Below, one piece after another: positions 25,202 through 38,132 of a stretch of 64,000 nucleotides of DNA (position 1 is its first letter; each line of letters opens with the position of its first letter). The notes beneath the pieces are model-generated. The model did not search any database. It was not told the DNA's origin and saw only the letters and a program-made list of their open reading frames with translations. The position numbers were made by a program, and so were the translations under genes. The stretch spans positions 259,594,001-259,658,000 of the forward strand of contig OZ024740.1 in NCBI GenBank assembly GCA_964016885.1. Direction: 5' to 3'. The stretch is from Eledone cirrhosa (taxonomy: Eukaryota).

Positions 25202-27793
25202 GTGTTTTCGCGCCCACGCCGCTTACCGACGGAAAAATTAAAGGCAGCACGGTCCGAGTTCGACCATATGCTGCAGCTGGGCATTATTCGCCCATCTACG
25301 AGTCCTTGGGCTTCACCGTTACACATGGTGCCCAAGACTTCCGGCGACTGGAGACCCACAGGGGATTATAGGAGGTTAAATGCCATGACCGTCCCGGATA
25401 GGTATCCCATTCCCCATCTCCACGATTTTGCATCTTCACTGCAGGGGTGTAAGATTTTTTCTAAGCTAGATTTAGTGCGAGCCTACCACCAAATTCCGGT
25501 CAGGAAGGAGGATATTCCGAAAACTGCAATTACAACCCCTTTCGGATCATTCGAATTTTTGACCATGCCTTTCGGACTCAGGAACGCCGCTAGCACTTTT
25601 CAGCGGTTCATAGACGAGGTCACTCGTGGTCTGGACTTCGTTTATGCTTACATAGACGATATTCTCGTCGCTAGTTCCTCTCCGGAAGAGCATATGCGCC
25701 ACATGCTTCTCTTACTTCGGCGACTTCAGGATTACCGCGTTCGCGTGAATCCTGCAAAGTGTGTTTTCGGTTCCACTTCCCTACATTTTTTAGGCCACCT
25801 CATCGACGCCGAAGGTATTAGGCCGCTCCCTGAGCGAGTTCAAGCCATACAGGAGTTACCGCCGCCTACTACACTTCACCAGTTGCGTCACTTCTTAGGC
25901 CTAATCAATTTCTATAGGCGTTTCATTCCTCATTGTGCTAATTGGCTATCTTCCCTTACTGACATTTTAAAAAAACGTCGTAAGAAGAATGAAGACATTT
26001 CCTTGACACAAGGACAGCTTCAGGACTTCCAGTCTGCCAAGACAGCCCTCGCTAGTTCTTCTTCGCTAGCCCACCCGGTACCAGAGGCCAAGCTTTCGCT
26101 TTGTGTTGATGCATCTGATACCGCTGTGGGAGCAGTTTTACAGCAGTCTTACGCTGAAAGCCAACAACCTTTGGCATTTTTCTCGAGGAAGTTGAAACCA
26201 GCAGAAACGCGTTATAGCACGTTTGGGCGGGAATTATTAGCCATATATCTGTCGGTGAAACATTTCTCTCATATCCTTGAGGGGAGAAATTTTACGGTTT
26301 TTACCGACCACAAACCGTTGACCTTCGCTTTGAGGGCCAAAGCCGACAGATATTCGCCCAGAGAGACAAGGCACCTGGACTACGTTTCACAATTTACAAA
26401 CGATATCCAGCACATTGCCGGCTCGCACAACATAGTTGCAGACGCATTATCTCGTTTGCCAATTAGCTCCATCTCGTCATCCCAGGACATCGATTTAGGT
26501 CGTTTAGCTGCAGACCAACCTGCACTCCAATCGTTGGACACTCTTTCCACCGAATTTGCGACTTGCATTTTCAAATATCTGCCCTTGTCCACCACCGACA
26601 GGCAGATCCTTTGTGATGTATCCACTGATGCACCACGACCACTTGTTCCTGAGACTCACCGTCGAATTGTGTTCCTGGCTATGCACAACATTTCTCATCC
26701 AGGATCGGCTGCCACAGTTAAACTTATAACAGCCAGATTCTTCTGGCCTAATATGAGGCGAGACATTGCTGTTTTTTGCCGTTCCTGTATCGCTTGCCAG
26801 AAATCGAAGATCCATAGACACATCCGGACTCCACTTGGTACTTTCACCACTCCAGATGCCCGGTTTCAACACATCCACATTGACATCGTTGGACCTTGGC
26901 CATTCAGCAGTGGATATTCATACATATTGACGTGTGTCGATCGTTTTTCGAGATGGCCTGAGGCCATCCCTTTACAGGACATGACTGCTGAGACTGTAGC
27001 ACGTGCCCTGGTATCAGGGTGGATTACCCGCTTTGGGGTACCAACTACACTCACCACAGACCGCGGTAGACAATTCGAGTCCCATCTCTTCTCTGAGCTC
27101 ACAAAAATAATTGGAGCTCAACGGATTCGGACCACAGCCTATCATCCTGCTTCAAATGGAATGGTGGAACGATTCCACCGCCAATTAAAGGCCGCTCTTC
27201 GCGCCTATCCAGACTCTCAATGTTGGAGCGAGTACCTTCCTATTGTGTTATTAGGAATTCGGTCATCAATAAAGGAGGACCTTGGGTTCTCCCCGGCCGA
27301 ATTAATTTACGGTGCTCCTCTAGCGTTGCCTGGGCAAATGCTTGCCCCTGTTGATCTTGCTTTCCAAGATCCGCTTTCCTACGTATCCCGTCTGCGTTCT
27401 TATTTTCAGGACCTGCCGCCGATGGATACGAGGAAGCAAACTGTAAAACATGCGGTCCCGAGGGACATTGCCTCGTGGACCCATGTGTTCGTAAGGAACG
27501 ATGCTGTGAGACCACCCCTCACACAACCATACTCTGGACCCTACTGTGTGTTAGCACGCACTGACAAACATTTCACTGTAGACGTTAAGGGGTCCAGAGA
27601 GACAATTTCGGTGGATAGACTGAAAAGGGCACACAATGACGCTCATACACCCGAGCCACAAATACCCCAATCTTTCACCATTGTGCATACACCTGCTCCT
27701 TCTGCCCCACCATCACCTACATACAAGACTACGACCCGTTCCGGTCGGAGAGTCCACTGGCCCAAAAAGTTCTGCCAAACTATTTTTATATGA
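25202..27793 (+). CDS. pol: Gypsy Pol RT-RNaseH-integrase, uninterrupted 863-codon ORF (first ATG at 25268)
   Basis: [56 protein letters not shown] core, GPY/F. Confidence 0.9.
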   Translation: MFSRPRRLPTEKLKAARSEFDHMLQLGIIRPSTSPWASPLHMVPKTSGDWRPTGDYRRLNAMTVPDRYPIPHLHDFASSLQGCKIFSKLDLVRAYHQIPVRKEDIPKTAITTPFGSFEFLTMPFGLRNAASTFQRFIDEVTRGLDFVYAYIDDILVASSSPEEHMRHMLLLLRRLQDYRVRVNPAKCVFGSTSLHFLGHLIDAEGIRPLPERVQAIQELPPPTTLHQLRHFLGLINFYRRFIPHCANWLSSLTDILKKRRKKNEDISLTQGQLQDFQSAKTALASSSSLAHPVPEAKLSLCVDASDTAVGAVLQQSYAESQQPLAFFSRKLKPAETRYSTFGRELLAIYLSVKHFSHILEGRNFTVFTDHKPLTFALRAKADRYSPRETRHLDYVSQFTNDIQHIAGSHNIVADALSRLPISSISSSQDIDLGRLAADQPALQSLDTLSTEFATCIFKYLPLSTTDRQILCDVSTDAPRPLVPETHRRIVFLAMHNISHPGSAATVKLITARFFWPNMRRDIAVFCRSCIACQKSKIHRHIRTPLGTFTTPDARFQHIHIDIVGPWPFSSGYSYILTCVDRFSRWPEAIPLQDMTAETVARALVSGWITRFGVPTTLTTDRGRQFESHLFSELTKIIGAQRIRTTAYHPASNGMVERFHRQLKAALRAYPDSQCWSEYLPIVLLGIRSSIKEDLGFSPAELIYGAPLALPGQMLAPVDLAFQDPLSYVSRLRSYFQDLPPMDTRKQTVKHAVPRDIASWTHVFVRNDAVRPPLTQPYSGPYCVLARTDKHFTVDVKGSRETISVDRLKRAHNDAHTPEPQIPQSFTIVHTPAPSAPPSPTYKTTTRSGRRVHWPKKFCQTIFI

Positions 27794-27808
27794 ACTGGCC
27801 ATTGGAGC

Positions 27809-27866
<58 letters not shown>

Positions 27867-28224
27867 TGTTTTTTTGTTTTTGCTGTTCTTATTTATTTGA
27901 TTTATTGTATTGCAATGTACCTCTCATGACCATTTCACTGGATGTATATATATGTTTTTCGTTTCCTTTACAATGAACATTTTAAGCTATATTCTTCTCT
28001 TTGCCGGTTTATAAGCTTGCAATGTAAATTTACCGTTGATAACCGCGCATTTAGTAAGAATGCTTATTTCTCTGGTCGCTGGCCTCTTGACCCTTCCAGG
28101 TCAACGCATTCTCAACATCGACCATCAACTTCGGCTGCTATTTCTAGCACTTTGCGCAACTCATTTTTCCTAAAAAAATTTTTTTTACTGTGAATTTAAA
28201 CACCGAATACGCTCACTCAGCGAG

Positions 28225-28560
28225 ACAACAGCAGCAGCAACAGCAATACAGCAGCAGCAGCAACAGCAATACAGCAGCAACAGCAATACAGCAACAACAG
28301 CAGCAGCAACAGCAATACAGCAGCAGCAGCAACAGCAATACAGCAGCAACAACAGCAATACAGCAGCAGCAACAGCAATACAGCAGCAGCAGCAACAGCA
28401 ACAGCAATACAGCAGCAACAGCAGCAGCAACAGCAACAGCAATACAGCAGCAGCAGCAACAGCAATACAGCAGCAACACCAATACAGCAGCAGCAGCAAC
28501 AGCAATACAGCAGCAACAGCAACAGCAATACAGCAGCAACAGCAACAGCAACAGCAACCA
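28225..28560. repeat. Compound (CAG/CAA)n + CAATA repeat in the element C 3' UTR
   Basis: Directly visible; it produces the low-complexity ORFs on both strands. Confidence 0.95.
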
Positions 28561-29441
28561 AAGCCAGAGAATTTATTTTTGCAGCACTCTTCCTGTGAGA
28601 AAATCCATTCGGAGGTTGGAAATTCACGATATACCACAGAACAGAGACCACCTGCATTCATTCTCTGGAACACACTTTCTTTCCTGCGGTCATGTGATTG
28701 CACACCAGTGAACTATATTTTGTACATTTGAACTTTGAGCCCTTCCCTTACTTTACTACCTTGATATCTAGCATTGATTTTTCCAAACATTCTTTTGTCG
28801 TAATTTTCATGCCTGTTACAACATTCTCGCCAACTTGCTACATATTTTCATTTCGATTTTTATACACTAAAATTCTGGCGGGAGGTTATGTAGCGGTTGT
28901 CTCCCTTGTTTTGGTTGGGATCTAGACGGGAAGTAGAACCCTTTCTGCAACTTCCGGTCAGAACCCTATAAAACTAACAACTTTAAGCTAACTCTCTCTC
29001 ATTGCCCTTCCGGCGCCCTGGCTTTAGCCAGGCGTCCTCTGCCAGCCGCGTTTGCCTGGCAATCAAAACGGTAACTACTAACTTTGTTTCATTCTAACAT
29101 CTATCTTCGACATGTCAAGTATTCTATCTACCGTTAATTAAATATTATATACACAAACCATGTCTCGTTTTGTTACATTCATACAATCCAGTATCCTCGC
29201 TATACCCACCAAATTATTGTATGAATATTTTGTGTTATTGATTTTATCATTCAATATTCAAATTGAATATTGTTATAATAAAATAAACTTTGTAACAACA
29301 CAATCCTGGTATTTTTCTTTACATCGAAACCACCATACCAACAGTTACATCCATCCATCCACTTATCGTTACAACCACACATAATATTCCGTTACAACTG
29401 GTGACCCCGTAAAACAACCTTCTGATCATCCACTACAAACG

Positions 29442-30332
29442 ATGTCTCTCGCACACGACGATTCATCAGTGGCAGAAATGTCAGTCAGAGCGGCATTTAC
29501 ATTAAGGATTCCACCATTCTGGGTGCACGATCCAACACTGTGGTTCGCGCACATCGAAGCGCAGTTCGCATCGAACCGGATCGTTAGCGAGGCATCCCGT
29601 CTCACACATGTCATCGGTTCGATGTCTCCGGAGATGATGAATGAGGTTCGAGACCTCATTTTAGCACCACCCGACTCTGTGTCATATGACACATTTAAAA
29701 GAACATTAGTTAAGCGGACGTCGGAGTCGCAGCAGAAGCGCTTGAACCAACTCCTCATATCGGACGAATTAGGAGATAAAAAGCCGACACAACTCCTACG
29801 GCGAATGAAGCAGCTCCTGGGTGAAATTTTCAAGCAACTCTTCCTCCAGCGTTTACCTTCTGCCACACAAGTTGTACTAGCATCCACCAGGGAGTCCACC
29901 ACCATAGAAGAACTCGCCGAGCTGGCAGATAAGATCATGGAGGTACCACATCCGTACTCAACTTTAGCGAATGTGACGCCAGCCGTGCCTTCCACCAATC
30001 CTTTCCTTCAGCCCTCCAGTGCCACAGAGATGCCCGATCTACACGAGTTACTGGCACAGCAAGCAACACAGATACAGGCCTTGACGCAACAAATTCAGGC
30101 CTTGTCACTGGGCAACCCTGCCACGCGTCGGTCCAACAGTCGAACTCGCCGATTTGTTTGTTGCGCAAGAAGTCCGAGCGCATCTCGGGATTCACCAGAA
30201 ATGTGTTGGTACCACCAAAGATTCGGGAGACGAGCGCAAAAGTGCAGCCATCCCTGTTCATTTGTTTCGAAACGAATCAGGGAAACGACACAGCCAGAAA
30301 CTGAATGCGACAGACGTTTCTGGCCCTCATAA
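29442..30332 (+). CDS. gag: Gypsy Gag with CHCC zinc knuckle
   Basis: RIPPFWVHDPTLWFAHIEAQF, LGDKKPTQLLRRMKQL, CWYHQRFGRRAQKCSHPC. Confidence 0.85.
   Translation: MSLAHDDSSVAEMSVRAAFTLRIPPFWVHDPTLWFAHIEAQFASNRIVSEASRLTHVIGSMSPEMMNEVRDLILAPPDSVSYDTFKRTLVKRTSESQQKRLNQLLISDELGDKKPTQLLRRMKQLLGEIFKQLFLQRLPSATQVVLASTRESTTIEELAELADKIMEVPHPYSTLANVTPAVPSTNPFLQPSSATEMPDLHELLAQQATQIQALTQQIQALSLGNPATRRSNSRTRRFVCCARSPSASRDSPEMCWYHQRFGRRAQKCSHPCSFVSKRIRETTQPETECDRRFWPS
30280..30286 (+). other. Candidate -1 ribosomal frameshift heptamer GGGAAAC
   Basis: X XXY YYZ pattern at the gag/pro overlap. The current gag frame is offset by one base, which implies a nearby indel. Confidence 0.5.
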
Positions 30333-33272
30333 CCAAAGTCGCCTATTTTTCAATCAGGATCGCGTCACAGGCACGCGTTTCCTGGTCGACACCGGTGCTG
30401 AAGTCAGCATCATCCCGGTTTCCTGCGTTCCTGGAAAAAGGAGAGAGACACCAGCCTGGCTCCAGGCGGTGAATCACTCACATATTCCGACCTACGGAGA
30501 ACAGTCCCTGGCACTAAATTTGGGACTACGCCGCACTTTCCTGTGGGTATTCGTTGTGGCTAAGCTGCCGACCCCTATTTTAGGAGCTGATTTTCTTCAG
30601 CACTTCTCGCTTCTAGTGGATCTGAAAAACCAACGACTCGTTGACAACTCCACTGGTCTCGCTCAGCGCGGCATAGCCGCTCGGACAGTCACAGTCAGTC
30701 CAGTCATTTCACGATCGACAACAACAACCCGGCACAACCACATCATCAACAAATACCCAGACGTAGCTCGACCACTATTCAACGCTTGCCCTGTAAAACA
30801 TGACGTCACACACCACATAAAAACACATGGCCCACCTGTCGCTGCACGACCTAGAAGGCTACACCAGACCGGCTGAAGTCCGTCAAACAAGAATTTCAGC
30901 ACATGCTGGATCTCGGCATCATACATCCGTCCAGCAGCAACTGGTCCTCACCCATACACTGTGTACCCAAGAAGTCGCCGAACGACTGGCGAATCTGTGG
31001 CGACTACCGTGCACTGAACAACTGCACCGTTCCTGATTCTTATCCAGTGCCTCATCTACAGGACTTCTCTAGCTCGCTGCATGGGGCTCGCATATTTTCG
31101 AAGATCGATCTTGTGCGAGCTTACAATCAGATACCCGATGAGCCCGCAGATATTCCAAAGACCGCAGTCACAACACCCTTTGGAATGTTCGAATTTCTGC
31201 GTATGCCTTTCGGTTTGCGAAATGCAGCGCAGACATTCCAGCGATTCATCGATACAGTCACCAGAGGTCTACCTTTTGTATACACATACATTGACGACTT
31301 ACTGGTGGCCAGCAGCTCCGATGAAGGACATGAGAAACACCTGGATCTCCTATTCACACGTTTGCGTGAATACGGAATTGTTATCAACCCCAGCAAATGT
31401 GAGTTCGGAGTTGCGTCCGTTCATTTTCTGGGACACATCATTGACAAAGATGGTATTCGCCCACTTAAGGAGAAAGTCAAATCCATCATTGATTTTCCAC
31501 AACCTACATCTCTCCGCAAACTACGAGAATTTATTGGCCTGGTAAACTTCTACAGAAGATTTATACCCCACTGTGCAGAGACAGCCCAACCACTCACAGA
31601 TTTGCTGCGGCAGCGTACAACCAAAAACGCAAACATCAAGCTCAGCGAAAAAGAATGTACCGCTTTCGCTGAGTTGAAGAAAATGTTGTCCGAGGCTACA
31701 ATGCTGAGTTACCCCAAACCTGACGCCCCAATGTGTTTATTGACTGATGCATCCGATTTCGGAGTTGGAGGTGTGCTTCAACAACTCTCTGACGATATTT
31801 GGCGACCTGTATCTTTTTTCTCTAAGCGATTAAAACCCGCCGAAACTAAGTACAGCACATTTAGTCATGAATTATTGGCAGCATACTTTGCTGTCAAGCA
31901 TTTTCGACACATGCTAGAAGGTCGTGTGTTCTCTATATACACCGACCACAAACCACTCGTGTACGCGTTCAACGCCAAGCCTGACCGACACTCACCCAGG
32001 GAGGTCCGACATCTGGACTTCATTTCTCAGTACACTACTGATATTCGGTACATTAAGGGTGCCACCAACTCAGCAGCTGATGCCCTATCGCGCATGGAGC
32101 TTAACGCAATCCACACCACTGCTACTATCGACCTCCAGAGGATTGCAGCGGATCAACAGAATAACCAGGAACTGCTGCAACTCCGGAAATCATCCTTGAA
32201 ATTGAAGGAGTGCCCGCTACCCTCTTCTTCGGGTTATATTTGGTGCGACATCTCCACAGGCCACGAGCGCCCATACGTGCCCCGGAAACATCGACGCGAC
32301 GTTTTCTCGGCACTGCATTCTCTGGCACATCCTGGCGTCCGCGCCACGCAGAAACTGATGGTTGCCCGCTTTGTGTGGCCCAACATCAACAAGGACACCC
32401 GCGAATGGGCTAGGAACTGTATCGCTTGCCAGAAGGCGAAAATTCACCGGCACAACAAAGCCCCGATCGGTTCTTTCGCAACACCTGATGCACGGTTCCA
32501 ACATGTGCATATAGACATCGTTGGACCTTTGCCTCCTTCTCACAACTACACTCAGCTTCTCACCTGTGTCGACCGATTTTCTCGCTGGCCAGAAGCTTTT
32601 CCCCTGACGGATATTACTGCGGAAACTGTCGCCAAAACGCTAGTGTTTCACTAGGTTTCGCGTTTCGGCACACCCGCGACCATCACTACGGATAGAGGAC
32701 GTCAGTTCGATTCGCACCTATTTACCGAGCTGACTCGCCTCCTCGGGTGCAAACACATCCGTACAACAGCGTATCACCCTGCCGCTAACGGCATGGTAGA
32801 ACGCTTCCACCACCAGCTAAAAGCATCTATCAAGGCTTACGAAGACTCCACTAACTGGTTCGAATACCTCCCACTCATTCTTCTTGGTATTCGTTCCACT
32901 GTTAAGGAGGGAGTCGGACATTCTCCGGCTGAAATATTGTATGGCACCGTACTCACTCTACCTGGACAAATGATCGCTCCTGTTTCGCCCCAAGAACTTC
33001 CAGACCCAACAAAATATGTGCACCGTTTACGGTCATCGATGTCGCATCTGTCTCCTTCATCCTCTAAACAACAGCACGTTACTTCACACATACCAAAATA
33101 CATCGATACATGGACGCATGTTTTCGTTAGAAATGACGGTATTCCATCGCAACTTCGTCCGCTGTATTCCGGGCCCTATAAGGTGATACAGAAACGCCCT
33201 AAGTATTTCGTCCTCGACTTGAACGGGAAACGAAATACCGTCTCCATTGATCGTTTAAAAAACCGTTCATAG
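30280..33272 (+). pseudogene. pol: Gypsy pro-pol (protease, RT, RNase H, integrase) with frameshifts and a stop
   Basis: FLVDTGAEVSII..ILGADFL; ORF 30903-32654 with YIDD; TAG at 32652; ORF 32793-33272. Confidence 0.92.
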
Positions 33273-34578
33273 AACAGGAATTGCCACCTGTACCCACCGT
33301 TTCTCCAGCAGACTCACCAACAACTTTGCCCGACACAAACACGACAAATTCTGCACAACCCCGACACGCCAAATCTGGAAGAACAGTCCGATGGCCCACG
33401 CGATACGTACAAGTTTATCGGGTAAGTACAAATTATGCATCTGGTCGACATTTCGGCTAATTTGTACATTTCAACGAATCGGCCAATTTCTGTGGTCATG
33501 AACTATTGCTACACACAAATCAATTAACTCTGTGCATCACCCACATCAATAGAACAGACAAAAGAACATTTTTCCGTTTCTATGAAATGAATGAACTTTT
33601 AATCAACAGACTTTTCGTACGAACATTTTCAATTTTATGTAACTTCACAGTACATTTTCCTGCATGTAAATTTCTTTTGCTTTGCATGCTTTCTTTCATT
33701 TCTCCTGTTTGTAAATGACTTTCATGTGTTTTTTATTTTTACTGATTTTCTTCAGCAGCACACCTAGTCATACCTATCTTCATTTCACATGCACCTAGAT
33801 CGTTCAATCTTAGCTTTCTCACTGGAAGGAGGTACTATAACGGCGGCGAAGATTCGAAACCGAATCTGAGCTTTCCCGTCTCTGGGACAAGCCGTGGTAA
33901 CTTGTTTACGCTCAAGAGACTAACCCCTTTGGAAGAGGCTAAACACAGGTCAGAGGTGTTTACGCCTGACAGAAAATAGGTCAGAGGATATATCCAACTT
34001 TCTGACTTGTTTACGCTTGGCAAACTAATCCCTTGCGAGACTAACCAAAGTTCAGTGGATATATCTATCGTTCTAACTTCAACTCTTATAAATACAGGGG
34101 GTGTTTACGCTTCGACAGAAAAGAAGTGATATACAGACAAGACAAGTCGCATTTACAAGCTCTCGTCACGAAAAACCAGTCTGCCACTTATTCTCATCTT
34201 CCTGGCTGATTGCTGACTCCTACAATACAAATAAGTAAATATACTGATACGCACACACGCATTCATAGTGAGTTCAGTATTTTTACACGCACCATTCATT
34301 TCAGTTTACACATATTGTACCTTTCTGATACAGTACAAATTATATTATAATCGTATTCTGTGATACTTAAATTTACGTGGCTCGAAGACCCACCAAATTA
34401 TTGTATGAATATTTTGTGTTATTGATTTTATCATTCAATATTCAAATTGAATATTGTTATAATAAAATAAACTTTGTAACAACACAATCCTGGTATTTTT
34501 CTTTACATCGAAACCACCATACTAACAGTTACATTCATCCACTTATCGTTACAACCACACATAATATCCCGTTACATA

Positions 34579-37500
34579 TATCATCATCATCATCATCAAC
34601 GTTTAACGTCCGTGTTCCACGCTTGCATGGGTTTGGACGGGGGTTTTCCCACTTGAGGCAAGAGTGATTATCTTGCTCGCATAGGACTATCTGGCGGGTT
34701 TTCTACAGCTGGATGCCCTTCCTAACACCAACCACATTTACAGTGTGGGGCTGGGAGGTTTTTACCGTGTTGCCTACACGGCCACATTACAGCGTGAACC
34801 GTGTGTTTTTTTTGTCGTGACACCTACATGATCTCATTTGTTTCGGCCTGGATGGTGTGGCACCAACATAACTTTACATTGAAAGGGGCGGTGTGGATGG
34901 GGTGGGGGTGTATTTTGTTAGAGATGCCTACTGACTGTAGTAGGTTTTACTTTGTATTTAGGTAAGGCGGGTCTTCTCTATTACTGAGTACCGCCAAAGG
35001 TCTCGGTCCAGTGACATTGTCTTGGAGAGGTGTAAGTGTGTGAGGTCGGAATTTATCAGCTCGTCCCAGGTTTTTCTGGGTCTGCCTATTCCGTAGCTAC
35101 CGTCTATCTTTATTGCCCTGCACTTTGTTATACAGCGTGTCTTTCATGCGCATTACGTGACCATACCAACGTAGCCTTCTCTCGAGTAAACAACATCTGA
35201 TCCCTCTTATTTCTAATTTTTTCCTTAGTTCGTTTATGCTTTGCCGTTCACGTATATTACTATTACACATCCAGCGGAGCATGCAAGCTTCGTTCCTCTC
35301 TAGTCTGCGTATATCCTCTGCACACAATGTCCAGGTCTCACTGCCATGCAACATTGCTGTTCGTATGCAGGCATCATACAACCTGCCTTTCATTTTTAGG
35401 GAGAACCCTTTAGCGGCTAATAGTGGTATAAGCTCTCTGAACTTTTTCCATCCAGTTCTGACTCTAGCTACTGTACTTTCAGAGCACCCTCCCCCACTGC
35501 TGATTTTGTCACCCAGGTAACGGAAGCTGTCCACTATTTCTATAGAGCCCTCTGCGCAGTTGAAAGAGCTAGTATTTTGTGGGCACTTGCTGCTCCTTAT
35601 TGCACCAGAGCACCGGCCACATGTAAAATCTATGTTCTTAGTTAGCTTACCTGTGATCCCACTACATCTTTTATGCACCCATACTTTGCATTTGGGACAC
35701 AAAATGGAGTTTCTACCTACGCCTTTCCTACACACTGAGCATGGCCACTTCCCGGAAGGGACCGCCGCCTTATTTTCTTTCTTACAAACTAGAACTTTAG
35801 TCTTAGCCAGGTTAATTTTAAGGCCTTTTGATTCTAGGCCGTGCTTCCATGTTTGGAATTTCTTCTCTAGGTCGGCCATTGATTCAGCTATGAGTGTTAG
35901 GTCATCTGCAATTAGGAGTTCCCATGGGCAACCGGTCTTGAACTCCTCTGTTATAGCCTGAAGGGCAATAATAAATAGTAGGGGGCTGAGAACAGAGCCC
36001 TGATGGACGCCAACTTTTACGCTAAACTCTTCACTATATTCGTTGTTAATTCTAACCTTGCTGACTGTTTCTTTATACATGGCTTGTATAGCTCTCACAA
36101 GCCATTCGTCAACACCTAGTTTTCTAAGAGCCCACCAGATAATGGAACGGGGGACTCTGTCGAAGGCTTTCTCCAAGTCGACAAAAGCTAAGTATAGGGG
36201 TTTACTTTTAGCTAGGTACTTCTCCTGTAGTTGTCGTACAATGAAAAGAGCGTCTGTGGTACTTTTGCCTGACACAAACCCGAACTGCATTTCATCTAGA
36301 TCAATTCTCTCTCTGATTAGTTGCGGTATTACTTTTTCCGTGACCTTCATGACCTGGTCGATTAATTTAATGCCTCTATAGTTACTCCTATCTAGGGCAT
36401 CTCCTTTACCCTTATTACAGTTAACGATGATGCTGCTACGCCAGTCCTTCGGAACAACCCCATTCTGTACGACTTGGTTAACTCTCCGGGTGACCATGGT
36501 GTGTCCCACCGTACCAGATGCCTTCAGCATCTCGGCAACTATTTCCGAAGGCCCAGCCGCCTTACCCGTCTTCATATCTTTGATTGCCTTACTTATTATA
36601 CTACCCTCGACTAACACTGCTGGTCCCTCTATTGGGTCGATGTGGGGGAGACTGTCTTTCTCCCATTTATTCTCCTCATGTAGTAGCCTTTCATAGTGAC
36701 ACTTCCAAGCTACCTTCTTATCAGCGTCGGTGATGGCAAGTACGCCGTCATCATTAAGTACACACTTCTCCCCGACAATATCACGGTTTTCCTTGACACA
36801 TTGCCTAGCAATCCTGAACACCTCACGTTTTTGGTCCTCGCGTTGTAGAACATGCTTGAACTTTCTTTCCTCTGCTTCCCTTCTTGCGAAGTACACTTGT
36901 CTCCTAGCTTCCCTCCTGGCCACTTGATAGTCTTCTCTGCTTCCCCTATCCCGCCATACTTTCCAAGCCTGCTTTTTGGCCTTAATTGACCCCTCCACCT
37001 TACTGTTCCACCACCATGTTACTCTCCTCCTGCCTACAGGCCTGCTCCAGCCACAGACTTCGTCTGCCGCCATCAGCAGGTTTGCTTTCAGGAATTCCTA
37101 CTGCTCCTCTATATTGTACGACTCTAATTGCTCTTCCTTACTGTCGAAAGCATCAAGTAGTATACTTTTGAATTTATTTCTGGCTGTGGGGTCCTTTAGC
37201 TTCCATATTTTTCTCCTGAGGATAGTCCTCTTCTGTTGTCTAGTACCTCTCGTCCTGACTATTAGGTCGCTAATTATCAGTCTATGTTGGGAGGTGCATT
37301 CTTCATGGGGGAGGGATTTAGTGTTTACAACAGACACTCTGTCACGTCTTCTGGTAAGGATATAATCTACCTGGCTTGTGTGTTCCCCGATCTATAGGTG
37401 ATCAGGTGATTGTCACGTTTTTTGAAGTTAGTGTTACAGATAGTTAGGTTATTTGCGTCACAGAATTCCAGGATTCTGGAGCCTTCCTCATTTCTAGTAC

Positions 37501-37830
37501 CAAACCCATAGCCTCCATGGATTTTGTCGTAGCCGTCACAATGTTGTCCAACGTGACCATTTAGGTCACCTGCAATAATTATATAGTCACTGTCGGTTAT
37601 TTGGGAGGTAGTGAGCATCAGTGTCTCATAGAATCTGTCTTTTATAGTGCCGGGCAGTCCGGATTGGGGTGCGTACGCAGATATTACTGTCACCGTAGTT
37701 CTATTGGGGACAAGTCTTATTTTAATTATTCTGTCGTTCACTCTATTTACGTCTATTATCTTATCTGCCCACTTTTCTGCTTACTCCACCCAGCCCATTG
37801 TTATTTCCCACCCAGAAAAGCTTATAGCAT
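34579..37830 (-). mobile_element. RTE-clade LINE, near full length, with 3' UTR and (ATG)n tail
   Basis: APE ORFs (ISAYAPQ, GDLNGHVG, QHRLII) and a 658-aa RT ORF at 35097-37073 (QFGF, DLEKAFDRVPR, QGSVLSP, IADD, PHD-like Cys cluster). Confidence 0.92.
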
Positions 37831-37831
37831 C

Positions 37832-37923
<92 letters not shown>

Positions 37924-37936
37924 ATATATATATATT

Positions 37937-37978
<42 letters not shown>

Positions 37979-38091
37979 TAAGAGGAATTCCAACTTTGTC
38001 TGATTTACTCGTTTTATTTACAATCCTTTAAAATATATATAATGGTATTATAATGAAATAGTATGATAGAATATTAAATTCTAAGTGTTAA

Positions 38092-38132
38092 TTGAACAAG
38101 TACTTTCATGCTTTCGCAATCTTCAGGTTCAT
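38092..38132 (-). ncRNA. Minimal hammerhead ribozyme (isolated PLE-end remnant)
   Basis: Minus: TGAAC-CTGAAGA-tTGC gaaa GCAt-GAAA-gtac-TT-GTTCA, with palindromic stem III AAGTACTT. Confidence 0.7.

Larger units (their letters stand above)
24834..29204 (+). mobile_element. LTR element C: young gag/protease-less Gypsy element
   Basis: 316-bp LTRs at 24834-25149 and 28889-29204 are identical by eye (TGTAGCG...CGCTATA). PBS stub TGGTGACC at 25151. PPT GGCGGGAGG. Confidence 0.92.
24276..34576 (+). mobile_element. LTR element D: full-length Gypsy (CsRn1-like) with element C nested in its 5' LTR
   Basis: LTRs TATAACGG...CCGTTACA (5': 24276-24833 + 29205-29396; 3': 33836-34576). PBS TGGTGACCCCG at 29399 (tRNA-Trp type). 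PPT GGAAGGAGG. Inserted in (TA)n. Confidence 0.92.

Noticed and set aside
28185-28711. PolyQ/polyC/polyL ORFs
   Set aside because: Artefacts of a stop-free triplet repeat, with non-ATG starts.
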